DNA of 64,000 nucleotides from Octopus vulgaris (GCA_951406725.2 OX597830.1:23808001-23872000), one strand, 5' to 3'. Shown: positions 27,663 to 39,774, counted from the first letter of the stretch. Made by a program: numbers and translations. Notes: generated by a model from the sequence alone, not told the origin.

Positions 27663-29068
27663 GTGTTGCACTATGTTTTCATTATTCGGTGTAACGTCCT
27701 CTCATTTTTATTTCAGATTCTTCAGTTTTTGGGTAAACCACGCTAATAGCTTTTGAATGAAAATAGCCCGTCTAGACAATTTTTCCAGAAATTGAAGGAT
27801 AATGATATATATTAAACCTACATTAAGTATGTATTAAAAAAACACAATAACATTATAACATTTATTGATATAATGAATTATTTTGCAACACAAGCGCCAT
27901 TTCGACGGATAACTTCAAAAACCCCATTAGTCATAGAATCTGTCAATTTCTTAATAGTGGCAGCCAGGACTGCTTCTGTTGCAGTTTTGATGGTTGGCAT
28001 AAGTCATATTTCGATGTAAATTGGCGTCCATCGGTATAAACATCTTGTTTAATGATGGACCAAAGACTTTCGATAGTGTTGAGATCCAGAGACGCTGGCG
28101 GCCACACCATCAACCTTTCAGCTTGTTTGCCGTAAGACCCTAGGAATGTTTGGGTGGTCCTAGCAGAGTGGGAGGGAGCGTTGTCATGCAAGAATACGAG
28201 ATTCCTTAGAAGTAAGTGATAGCGGCACGTCATCTAGCCAGGGATCTAAGACCTTCTGTAAGAGTTCGTATTAGGTCACTTTAACCCTATTCAGCCACCC
28301 TGACAAGGCCAACATGTTTGTCCCCAATGACACCAGCCCACAACATGACTCTTCCACCCTGTTGTTGATGCCGAAAACGTTGCGGATGGTCATCACCAAA
28401 ATAGACCGAGCCATTTGCTCACTCGTCAGGTCCGTCAAGGGTCGCCCTGGTTTCAGTGAACAAAGCACAATTCATGTCTAATGTTATGTACTTTTGGGCC
28501 CATTGAAGCCTCAAACTCATGTGACGGGGCATTGAAGGAGGCAGTTTAAGGGGTTCTCGCACGGAAGCCATGGTCCCGAGGATGCAAATTCTGGTGGTTT
28601 TCGGAACATGAAGAAGTCCAGAGGTGGTGAAAATAGCTTTGCTTGTTTGTCCAGGTTTCCCACGTAATTTGCAGCCAATATTCCTTAAATCTCTAGCTGT
28701 CACAGGCTCGAAGGTTTCACAATCAGATCGTTTCTTCCTTGATAAGGGGTCCTCCTGGAATCGTCTAACTTCTCTGTAATGACAAAAAGAGAAGTGCCTT
28801 TAGCACTTTCCTTGATGACTTTTCTTCGTCGTTAAGGCCTTTTTCACGCCCCATTGTTCTTAGAGAGGAGAGACGTTATTAGCGTGGTTCGCCCAAAAAC
28901 TGAAGAATCTGAGATAAAAGAGAAAGGATGTTACACCGAATAATGAAAACATAACAATGGTGATGCCATAGTGTGCAAACCAACTGGGAAGAATTTTATC
29001 AAAATGGATTCACAGTAAAACGAGAAATCCTAAATTTCACTCCTAAGATATGGTCATGTTTCTCGGTG
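27661..29068 (-). mobile_element. Tc1-like DD37E (TRT-like) transposon with long TIRs, decayed
   Basis: Inverted repeat 27661-27750 vs 28876-28968; the right end ...CATGTTTCTCGGTG is followed by TA. The outer part of the left TIR is missing. Confidence 0.85.
27878..28854 (-). pseudogene. DD37E Tc1-type transposase, frameshifted
   Basis: Fragments read MGREKGLNDEEK, RLQWAQKY...LFTETRATLDGPD, QQQGGRVMLWAGVIG and FLHDNAPSHSARTTQTFL...WPPASLDLNTIESLWSIIK (37 residues between D and E). C-terminus LTDSMTNGVFEVIRRNGACVAK*. Confidence 0.9.
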
Positions 29069-29196
29069 TATACATACATACATGCATACATACATACATA
29101 CATACATACATACATACATACATACATGCATACATACATACATACACACACATACATACACACACATACATACACATACATACATACATACATGCA

Positions 29197-29242
<46 letters not shown>

Positions 29243-29478
29243 CATATATGTATATATATGTATATATATTTATACATATGTGCGTATTGTATGTGTGTGT
29301 GTGTGTATGTGTGTATTCTTTTATTCTTTTGTTCTCTTACTTGTTCCGGTCATTTGAATGCAGGCATGCTGGAGCACCATCTCGATGGGTTTTAGTTGAA
29401 GAAATCAAACCTAGGACTTTATCCTTTGTAAGCTTAGTACTTATTCTTTCCGCCCTTGTTGCCAAACCGCTTAGATAT

Positions 29479-29875
29479 CCAATCACGTGATTTCGACCTC
29501 CCTTTGTCTCATCAATGATGGACGCTCAATACTAGTGTTACAACAGGCACTGTTGTCGCTAATGTATATATTTCTTAACCAGCCCACTGGCTAATCGCGA
29601 CACCTGTGCCTGTTCTGTCGCTGATTTTCTATATTTCTCTAGCAGTCGAGCGTCCATCATTGATGAGACTAAGGAAGTTCCAAATCACGTGATTTGGTGG
29701 TGTTGGCGCTGGAGGTGCTGGGTATTTACCTCCCCGCTAGCGATGTAGACAAGCATGCATTTTTCAACAAAAACCTATATGAGAGTTTTTTTCGTGGTAT
29801 CTACACCAGTAAAGATTTTTTCTAACACAACAACCATTTACTTATCCGTATTAATACAGCATCTGTCACTACTAT
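29479..29875. mobile_element. Inverted pair of Penelope-type terminal repeats, each with a minimal type I hammerhead-like motif
   Basis: 29479-29560 (-) is the reverse complement of part of 29586-29700 (+). Motif CCATCA-TTGATGA-GAC(N8)GTC-GAAA-TCACGTGA-TT-(T)GG. Confidence 0.7.
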
Positions 29876-29899
29876 ATACAAAAATGAAAGTTCAGTATA

Positions 29900-30294
29900 G
29901 GTGCAGGAGTGGCTGTGTGGTAAGTAGCTTGCTTCCCCATCACATGGTTCCGGGTTCAGTCCCACTCTGAGGCACCTTGGCTAAGTGTCTTCTACTATAA
30001 CCTCGGTCCGACCAAAGCTTTGTGAGTGGATTTGGTAGACGGAAACTGAAAGAAGCCCGTCGTATATATATTTATATATTTATATGTTTCTGTATTTGTT
30101 TCGTCCCCCACCATCTCTTGACAACCGATGTTGGCGCGTTTACGTGACCGTAACCTAGCGGTTCCTCAAAAGTGAGAGATAAAATTAGTACTAGGTTTAC
30201 AAAGAATAAGTCCTGGGGTCGATTTGTTCGACTAAAGGCGGTGCTCCAGCATGGCCGCAGTCAAATGATTGAGGCAAGTAAAAGAATAAAAGAA
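29900..30294 (+). mobile_element. SINE-B full copy (reference copy)
   Basis: GGTGCAGGAGTGGCTGTGTGGTAAG (A-box-like), GGGTTCAGTCCC (B-box-like), GGCACCTTGGCTAAGTGTC (CORE-like), short TA tract, tail CTCCAGCATGGCCGCAGTCAAATGATTGAGGCAAGTAAAAGAATAAAAG. Confidence 0.92.
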
Positions 30295-30744
30295 CAAACG
30301 TGTAAAACTATACATATATAAAATGATAATAAAAACATAAATATTACTTCTCTGATAATGAAATCTTATGTTTCAAGCAAGCTTGCACTCGTCTGTGAGA
30401 TATGAAGTCTGCAGTGAAAAGACAAACCTGATTTTGCTGTTGCAATGGCCAAGGTGACCCAGACACTAGTATGTTAGGTTGAAATCTATCTTCTAACAAA
30501 AGAAAGGGACAATAAAACTGAAATTGCACCCATTCTACAGTGATGTGTAATACAAGTGTTTGAAGTGGAATTTATGATACATTATTTGGAAATAAATACA
30601 CATTGATATATTCTGATCTGTTCCAGAGACGTAGAGTGTTCAATACCTCTGTATGCTTTTTTGTGGTGTGTAATATACGATAATCTGATGCATATGCAAC
30701 TTATAAATTCAATATGTATGTAAAAATATACATATTGGATTGGA

Positions 30745-30900
30745 TTGCATCGCCCATGTTAAGTCCACTGCAGGTAGAAGGCCTCAGAATGGTCTCTGCA
30801 GCCACGGTCCAGTGTGGAAACCGTGAATTCGAGCAAGAGATCATACTGGTTTTATGAGAGCCTACTTGTGCCATACTGACGCAACATGGCTTAGAAAAGT
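30745..30900 (-). mobile_element. RTE-type LINE 3' end remnant (similar remnant at ~34640-34740)
   Basis: Minus-strand translations LDRGCRDHSEAFYLQWT* and YQAETFVLQWT resemble the DR..W...EAFVLQW C-terminus of RTE-clade ORFs. Confidence 0.5.
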
Positions 30901-31197
30901 CGATTACATGCATATAAAATTCTTACGTATCATAAACATATCTTTTGGACAATGATATCTGCAGTTTCCTGCAAATGCACATTCTTCAGCGAAGCAGATT
31001 GATCCGTAGTGAAGTAGTAACTCACATTTTGTTTCGTTGGAATTGGTCTAAGTTGGCGAATTGTCGGAGCGTTAAATTGAAATTCACCAGCAATATGAAA
31101 TTAAACCCATCTCATTCCACCGGAGGCCTTACGTTTCGTAGAAAAGAAAAAAAACAAGAACGTTTGTATCTTTTATGACTACTTATATGTATATTAA

Positions 31198-31415
31198 GTG
31201 GAGTCGCACAGCCTGGTGGTTAGAGACGTTGCATTCTCGATCGGAATATCGCGGTTTCAATTTCCTGACCGAGTGATTCGTTGTGTTCTTGAGCAAGTTC
31301 CTCTAGTCCATTCAGCTGTAAACGAGTGACCCTCCTTCGATGGAAATGTTATGATTTCAATAATTTATACGCCATGGAAACCAAGTAACTGACCCTGTGA
31401 GTCCAAAGACTCGAC
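31198..31415 (+). mobile_element. Diverged SINE-D (tRNA head + CORE-like)
   Basis: GTGGAG...GGTGGTTAG...GGTTTCAATT...GTTGTGTTCTTGAGCAAG...ATACGCCATGGAAACC, homologous to 34358-34600. Confidence 0.7.
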
Positions 31416-31864
31416 CAGTAATGTCCTGTGTTTGACCATGTGAAGGCAAGCCAGGGGACTGACGAATTTGTACCAGACAAGAATCCAGAACGAAAACAGA
31501 TGGAATAGATATTACGAAGCATTTCGTCCGACCTACCATCCGGGGCTTGTTCTTTATTTTCTCGACCCCGTAAAGGTGTTACTATTATTAATTTTAGTAA
31601 GGGTTATTAATATTTGTTGTTATTGTGAAGGGCCATTACGGGTTTTTTAAAAATATAAATACGCTTAATTCATTAAGTCAAACTAGTCCTGTTTTGGAAC
31701 TTGTGAATGGGGCAATGATGGATTTGCCGTCACTTGTTAATTTGCTTGTTTGATGGAATTTTGGTTCTTTATTAAGATTATGTTTAATTATTCCTTAATT
31801 AAGGGGTATTATTCTTGCTATACATTACACTTCGTGTATTGAGTAGTCCTTTGATTTTGTGTTC

Positions 31865-32235
31865 GTTTTTAAATGTGGTACTTATTCTGTCGGTTCCTTT
31901 TTCCAAACCGCTGAGCCACGAAGATGTAAACAAACCAACACTGGTTGGCAAGGAATAGAGGTGGAATAAACACAAACACAAACACAGACAGAAACACTAA
32001 CACACATACACAAACACGAACACAGACACAAACACACACACGCACACACACACACATACACACATATACGACAGGCTTTCTCACAGTTTCCAACTATCAA
32101 ATTCACTCACAAGTCTTTGGTCGGCCCGGGATTATAGTAGAAGGTACTTGCTCAACGTTTCACGCGGTAGTACTGAACCCGAAACCAGGTGGCTGGAAAG
32201 GGGTGCCGCTTTACCGCACAGCCGTGCCTGCGCCT
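31865..32235 (-). mobile_element. SINE-B diverged copy
   Basis: Both halves recognisable around a (CA)-rich tract. Confidence 0.75.
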
Positions 32236-32894
32236 TTATGCATAAATACAACGCCAGCCTTCAATAATGCAGTTCTCCTCCTACACGAACACCAAACGTC
32301 TGATAGATTTATCATAATATTATTTATTACTGTTTGTAGATACCATCTTAAAATTGTCAGCCAGTTTGCTGCAATGAATCAATCATTTGTTTGATGTGTT
32401 CTTAACAAACAAGATTAAGTGGCCATATTTACAGATTATCACTGATGCAAGTTACATATATAAGGCTTTTGGCTTTTCATATCCGTTCTGATCTCTATCG
32501 ATACTTCGAACAGGATTTTTGATCGAGTGCAACGTGTTTTATTTAAGTTTCCGGTACATTAGTGTAATTAGTACATAAGTATAATTAATATTCTGTTTTG
32601 TTTTTGATTGTTTGTTTCATTTTGCTTTTTTTTTTTGGCATTGGATCATCGTGGGTTATATTTAATTGGAAGTCTGGTTTTCGTGCTGTAGTATTAAGAG
32701 CTATTAATCTTAGTGATATACATAGATCAGCGGAGTTTTATTTGAAGGTAACTGAAAGTTTATGACTACGAATTTTATCCTTTTCCTTGGTCGTTAGCAA
32801 CATGAAACGGAAATCAAAACTGTTGCAAACAGTGCTCACAAAAAGTTTAACACATTACCGTGCTTACATTATCTTTCACTGTTTGCTTTGTCTA

Positions 32895-33560
32895 TGGCGG
32901 CGAGCTGGCAGAGTCGTTACCTCGTCGGATAAAATGCGTAACAGTATCTCTTAGGGCTTCTTGCATTACGAGTTGAAATTAGTACCATCTGAGCACTTGG
33001 GGGCGATGTAATCGACTTTTCCCACTCCCAAAATTTCAGGCCTTGTGCTTATATTAAAAAAACATTACTGGTTTGTCTAAGGCAGCGAGTTGGCAGAATC
33101 GTTACCACGCCGGGAGAAATGCTTAGCGGTGTTTCGTCTGTTTTTGATGCTACGTAAAGAAATAGGTATTTCGTCTGCCGCTACGTTCTGAGTTCAAATT
33201 CCGCCGAGGTCGACTTTGCATTTCATCCTTTCGGGGTCGGTTAAATAAGTTACAGTTACGCACTGGGGTCGATATAATCGACTTAATCCGATTGTCTGTC
33301 CTTGTTTGTCCCCTCTGTGTGTAGCCCCTTGTGGGTATTAAAGAAATAAGAAATAAGAATCGTTACCACGCCGGACCAAATACATAGCACATTTTCTTCC
33401 GGCTCTTCACGTTCTGGTTTCAAATACGGCCAAGGACAATTTTGTATTTTCCTCTTTCTGAGTGGATAAAATAAATACCAGTTCAGCACTGGGGCCGATA
33501 TCATCGGTTTTCCCCTCCCCTTAAATTTCCTGGCCTTATGCCAAAATCAGAAAAAAAAAT
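32895..33560 (+). mobile_element. SINE-A cluster: old monomer (32895-33065) plus array (33079-33560)
   Basis: Junctions AAAGAAATA|GGTATTTCG (~33164) and AAGAAATA|AGAATCGTTAC (~33355). Confidence 0.85.
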
Positions 33561-34062
33561 TGGTTTGCTTATGACATAGTAATCGGTCCAGTTAAGGCTG
33601 CTTCTACTTAAATTCATCTGGGATGACACCAAGACAGTTTTCTAGTCCACTTATATTAGTCTATGATGATGTGAAGGTACATGGTTAGGGTGTTGGACTC
33701 ACAACCTTCCGCTACTTCAGCAATATAACTACACATGTGCTGTTAGTGATTATTTTTTTATTTTTTTTTGATTTTTCCATTTCCCCTTTCCGAAGAGCGC
33801 TATGCTCGAAACGTCAAATGCTCTCTCTTTTACGGAGCGTCAAGCTAAGGCTTTCCTTGTGCACGCCTTCTTGCCTGTTAATTTTATTATTCATTTATTT
33901 GAAATGACTATTTATCGTAAACTCACACCGATCATCTACGCTCTTCCGGCTGTTTGGGAGTACCTATTTCATGGATTTTCGTACTCTAAACTTGGTTTAG
34001 GTTACCTTTAAATTCCTTCAGAGTACGCTGTTTCTGCATCTTTGATTATATGAATATATAAT

Positions 34063-34600
34063 CATGGCTCAGTGGTTAGAGCTTCGAGCTTACGATCGTG
34101 AAGTTATGAGTTCGATTCTCGGAGCGGACTGTGCGTTGTGTTCTTGAGCAAGACACTTTATTTCACATTGCTCCAGTTCACTCAGCTGTAGAAGTGAGTT
34201 GCGACATCACTGGTGCTAAGCTGTGTCGGCCTTTGACTTTCCCTGGGTTAGCATCAGTGGTGTAAGGCGGGGAGGCTGGTATGCATGGGCGACTGCTAGC
34301 CTTCCAAAAACAACCTTGCCCGGACGTGCAATCCTTCTCCTCTCCTCTCCTCTCTCTGTGGAGGCACGTGGCTTAGTGGTCAGGGTATCAGCACGATAAT
34401 TGTAAAATTGTGGTTTCGATTCCTGGACCGGGCGACGCGTTGTGATCTTGAGCAAAACACTTCATTTCACGTTGCTCCAGTCCACTCAGCAGGCAAAAAT
34501 GAGTAACGCTGCGATGGACTGGCGTCTCGTCCAGCTGGGGAACACATACGCCATAGAAACCGGGAAACCGGTCCCATGAGTCTGGCAAGGCTTTAAAAAA
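34063..34600 (+). mobile_element. Two adjacent CORE-like SINEs (SINE-D; 34063-34330 and 34358-34600) with shared head/core and different tails
   Basis: TGGCT.AGTGGT.AG A-box, G.TTCGATTC B-box, then GTTGTG.TCTTGAGCAA.ACACTT.ATTTCAC.TTGCTCCAGT.CACTCAGC, which resembles the CORE domain of MIR-type SINEs. Confidence 0.82.
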
Positions 34601-35066
34601 AGGCGTATTTATTTTTTTTATACATATTGAAAAGGTGGATTGCGTATATTGAGTCCACTGCAGCACGAAGGTCTCGGCCTGATACAGTAGCCGTGTATTT
34701 GAGATTGATGAGTCTACATTCTGCTACGATCCACATGGAGTGGTTAGGTCGATTAAATATTATATGAAGAGATGTACAAGGATACGCTGTGTTATTACAG
34801 AAGCACTGAAAGTGGTTAGCTGGCAGAATCATTACGTGCCGGGCAAAGTGCCAGACGGTAGTTCTTCTGCCTTCAGGTTCTGATTTCAAGCGCTGTCGAA
34901 GTCCATTCAGCCTTTTATCCTTTCGGTGTCTATAAAATAAGTACTAGTCGAACAATGTAGTCGATGTAAAAGACTTAAACCTTTCCATAATGTTACTGGC
35001 CTTGTGCGAAAATTTTGAAAGCATTATTACAAAATCACTTTTATTTGTGTTCATATTTATGCTCAC

Positions 35067-35067
<1 letters not shown>

Positions 35068-35138
<71 letters not shown>

Positions 35139-35470
35139 TATCTATATATATATACACACATACTATGCATTGTTGAAATGTACGCAACGAAGGACTGAAT
35201 ATAATACAATAGATTCTATTCTCGGACGTACTTACGTACGTACACACACACACACAAATTTGCCAGTTTTAATTGCACTTTTAATATCCTGTGTAATACG
35301 TGTGTGCAGACCCCCAATAGCGCCAAGTTTTTTTATGCTCAGCGTATATATATATATACACACACACATATATCTATATAATATATATAATATATACATA
35401 TATAATACATATATGTATATATATATATATATAAGATATATATCATACATATAATATATACAGATATAAT

Positions 35471-35533
<63 letters not shown>

Positions 35534-35557
35534 GTATATATACAATATATATATATA

Positions 35558-35622
<65 letters not shown>

Positions 35623-35680
35623 ATATGTATATATATATATATATGATATATATATGATATATATATATATATATATTATA

Positions 35681-35724
<44 letters not shown>

Positions 35725-35731
35725 TATGTAT

Positions 35732-35770
<39 letters not shown>
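35068..35770. repeat. (TA)n-dominated microsatellite field with (TG)n end
   Basis: Read directly. Confidence 0.9.
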
Positions 35771-35771
<1 letters not shown>

Positions 35772-36863
35772 GTCCTGGGATCTTGAGTATATAATTGCTT
35801 CTGTTTATTTTGCTTTCTTTTTATCTTTCCTACTACATCAAACTATTAAACGCAATTGTTTTTCTTTTTTTTTTTCGTTTTGTTTTCCTTCTCTACGCGG
35901 AGGATATCTCTTATTTGCAGATCTTTTTATTGGGACAATTCCTTTAGTTTTATTAGCTATGCAATTGTTGGTGTTTTTGCTGTTGCTGTTTTTGTTGTTG
36001 TTTTGGTTGTCTGCTGCTATTGATTTCTCCACATTTTTAGTTCTTTGTATTTGGACAAATATCTACAATTCTTATGGAGATAGATTGTGTAGTCTTTTGG
36101 GATTGATATGTTTATCAGTATTTCATTTCCTTTCACAGTGATCTTTGACAATAATATATACACACATTAGACACTTTAGTTCTGTCTGTAAAAATTTATA
36201 TAGTCTGAAACAAACTATGCACACAAAATTTATAGTTTGTGAAATTTGAAACGACAAAACGAGAGTAACTTTCAACATTTTTCGATTCATGGTGCACTAA
36301 ATAAGCGGTAAGTATCGAAACCAATGGGTCTAAGCTTTTCATGGCTCGACGTTTCTCATTTTATACGCATCCACATTTGAGACTTGTATTCTCTTGGGAG
36401 GGTCATTACGCTAATAATAATAATAATAAATAATAGGGCTACAGCAAATATTCTGCTCAATACCACAGATTTGCTTGTCAGTTGTTTGACCTTAACCAGT
36501 TGAGCATGTCCCTTAGTGGCTGACGATATGTGCATCTCTGATCATGAGCAGAAGTAGTGGGGGAGCATCATAGCCATGTGTTGAGAGGGATTCTTTGGGG
36601 TTTGAATAATTCACCTCTGGAAACATGGGTGGTTCTTTCAACATCCTTAAACAACCCTTATTCAGGGACCTTTTGAGCGGGATGGGCTACTCAACCTGAA
36701 GAAAATTCTAACTGGGCCCCACCTGCAAGGCCATGTCACACACATATGGTTGTGATGCATGTGTCTGGTGTACCCTTATCAGACGCGTAGTCATGATGGG
36801 TATATTGAGCTTCGTATATTTTACCCCAGTGTCACTTTGATTGCATGAACTGCTCTCTCACTC

Positions 36864-36930
<67 letters not shown>

Positions 36931-37290
36931 TACTGGATCATAGATATAGCATGTCCAGCTGACAACAAGGTATGCGATAAGGAAGAAAGAAATGTTGGGA
37001 GATATGACAGGTTAGCTTGGGAAATTAAGCAGTTGTGGTCGATGAAAAAGGTAGCAGTAGTACCAATAAGTGTCGGATCCCTGGGAATAATGAGCAAACA
37101 TCTCGAGAAGTACGTGGAACAAATAGGGGCTGCAATAACGGTGGAGCACTGGCAGAAAACAGCACTACTTGGAACCGCTCGAATATTCCGGAAGGTGCTT
37201 GAAAAATAGTAGGTGTTACCTTAGTTCGCTGGTAGTGACGTCTGACACTGTAGTACATCTCCAGCGTCAGAAGCTGTACAAAGGCAATGA
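36931..37290 (+). mobile_element. 5'-truncated R4/Dong-like non-LTR retrotransposon (restriction-like endonuclease C-terminus + 3' UTR) in (TAA)n
   Basis: The ORF tail WIIDIACPADNKVCDKEERNVGRYDRLAWEIKQLWSMKKVAVVPISVGSLG...QKTALLGTARIFRKVLEK* is the typical RLE C-terminus. It is flanked by (TAA)n on both sides, the target known for Dong-type elements. Confidence 0.88.
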
Positions 37291-37443
37291 TAATAATGAT
37301 AACGATGATAATAATAATAACAATAATAATAATAACACACGCACTGATTCAATATCATTTCTTTATTTTTAGTAAGCTGGTTAAATATCTAACCAGCTAA
37401 TGTTATTTAATGTGCTAGTTAAACAGTAAATCTATTGTTTGTT

Positions 37444-37826
37444 ATTCTTTTATTCTTTTACTTGTTTCAGTCATTTGACGGCGACCATGCTGCAGCATCA
37501 CCTTTAGTCGAACAAATCGACCCCACGACTTCTTCGTAAGCCTAGTACTTATTCTATTGGACTTTGTTGCCGAACCGCTAAGTTACATAAACACACCAAC
37601 ATCGGTTGTCAAGCGATGGTGGGGGGACAAACACAGACTCACAAACAGCTACATATGTATATACGATGGGCTTCTTTTAGTTTCCATCTACCAAATCCAC
37701 TCACAAGGCTTTGATTGGCCCGAGGCTATAGTAGAAAATACCTGCCCAAGGTGCCACGCAGTGGGACTGAACCCGGAACGATGTGGCTGGGAAGCAAGCT
37801 TCATACCACACAGCCACACCTGCGCC
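37444..37826 (-). mobile_element. SINE-B full copy
   Basis: Near-consensus, minimal internal microsatellite. Confidence 0.92.
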
Positions 37827-39284
37827 TATTCGTTAGTCAAATTTCTTTCGTCACTGGTCGTGACCTTCTCAGTGACTTTCCTCTCTCTCTCCACTTTTGA
37901 ATGTTATTCTAAAATCAGAAAAAGAGAAAAGAAACAGATAAACCCATAACTAGAGCGGTTGGGCAAAGAGACCGATAAATCTATCTTCAACGTGGTTGAG
38001 TAACTCGTCGTAACCAGTCGCGTTCTCAGTACGGGATCTACTAGTCATCCTCTCAATAACTAGATTGTTAACCAAAATGGCTTCCCCATAGTTAAATATT
38101 TCGGTCCCGAAGAAGCATTAAGATTCTTCATTTGACTATTTATAATCTCCAGATTTCCCAACCTTACAAAAGACTGGATGAGAAGTCTGCTCTTTAAACT
38201 TTGGATTTGATTCTGGTGATGTCATCTGAATGGCGCCTGCCATTTGCAATTTAGAGCTGTGTCAGTACTTCTGTTTTGTCTTTTACTATTGTTCTACTAA
38301 AATACATAGTTTTTTTAGTTACCTGATTAGTGCCTTAACACTGATACCTTCATCATGTGTAGACATAGATCAAAGCTGGAATATTAAGAATTTGTGAGAC
38401 CTCCGTTCGATTGATTTTCTTGACTCACCATCTGTGTATGTATGTGTGTATGTATGTGTGTGTCTGTCTGTGGGTTTGCGTGCATGCATGTATGTGTGCC
38501 ATTTTGTGTGTGTTTTTCCCGCCTCGCACGACTGCTCGACAAGTGGTTTTGGTTTCGATACATCCCCGTAACCTAGCTGTTCAGCAAAAGGACTGATAGA
38601 ATAAATGCCGTGCTTAAGACAAGTATTGGTGTTCGATTGAAACGTTTCAAGGCCGGTCCTCCAGCATGGCCGCCGACCAATGACCAGTACAAGCAAAAAT
38701 GTGAAACAACTGATGTCAATTCTTCTTCTTCTTCTTCTTCTTCTTCTTCTTCTTCTTCTTCTTCTTCTTCTTCTTCTTCTTCTCCTCCTCCTCCTTTTCC
38801 TCCCCCCTCCTTCCTCCTACCACCATATATATATATATATAAAGCCGCCCTATTCGGCAGTTTTTAAGGTAGCTCCTGAGGAGGGCTCCTCATTGGGCCT
38901 TGGACCGAAAAATGACATTTCATGCATTGAGTACATATCAAATTTTATTAAACTTGACCAATATTTATCAAGCAATGAACAATTTTCATTAAACCAATGA
39001 TAAAATTTGTTGACTTGAAACTTATTGGCTAAACTGCACGATAAACAACATTTTCTGTCTTCCCATTCAGGGGTCAGTACAACTTCTTTTCTTTCCCTTG
39101 CTATTTGTGCTGATTGTTTTCAACCACCACCATCGCCAGTACCATCACTACCACCACCACAACCATCGCCACCACAACTGCTATACACACACCATTCACA
39201 CTTCTGACGCCACCACCTTTGATTTTTGATTGGTCATTGGTCGGCGGCCTTTCCCTCCACCATCATCACCAATGTCTTTCGCTT

Positions 39285-39400
39285 ACCACCACCACCACCA
39301 CCACCACCACCACCACCACCACCACCACCACCACCACCACCACCACCACCACCACCACCACCACCACCACCACCACCACCACGACCACTACCACCACCAT
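39285..39400. repeat. (ACC)n microsatellite
   Basis: Read directly; gives poly-P/H/T/G ORFs. Confidence 0.97.
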
Positions 39401-39627
39401 CACTGTCGTCTCCAACTCTATCACAACTACAGCTCATAGTATTACTATCACCCCATTACCATCACAAGTGTCAATGTACTACCGTCTCTATGCTTACTAT
39501 TACTCTCACCCCAACATGAGCAATAGTAGGAGAGTCAATGAATAGTGAGGGAGGGCGTCGAAGTGTGATACACTGACACACAGAATTTAGCTTTCGCATT
39601 TAATATTATATTATATTATTATATTAT

Positions 39628-39661
<34 letters not shown>

Positions 39662-39774
39662 TGTATGTATGTATGTATGTATGTATGTATGTATGTATGT
39701 ATGTATATGAATATAAGATGCAAAGATCGAGGTGTTGGAAGAAAATAGCTTCAAGCAATCTATAGTAAGTATAA

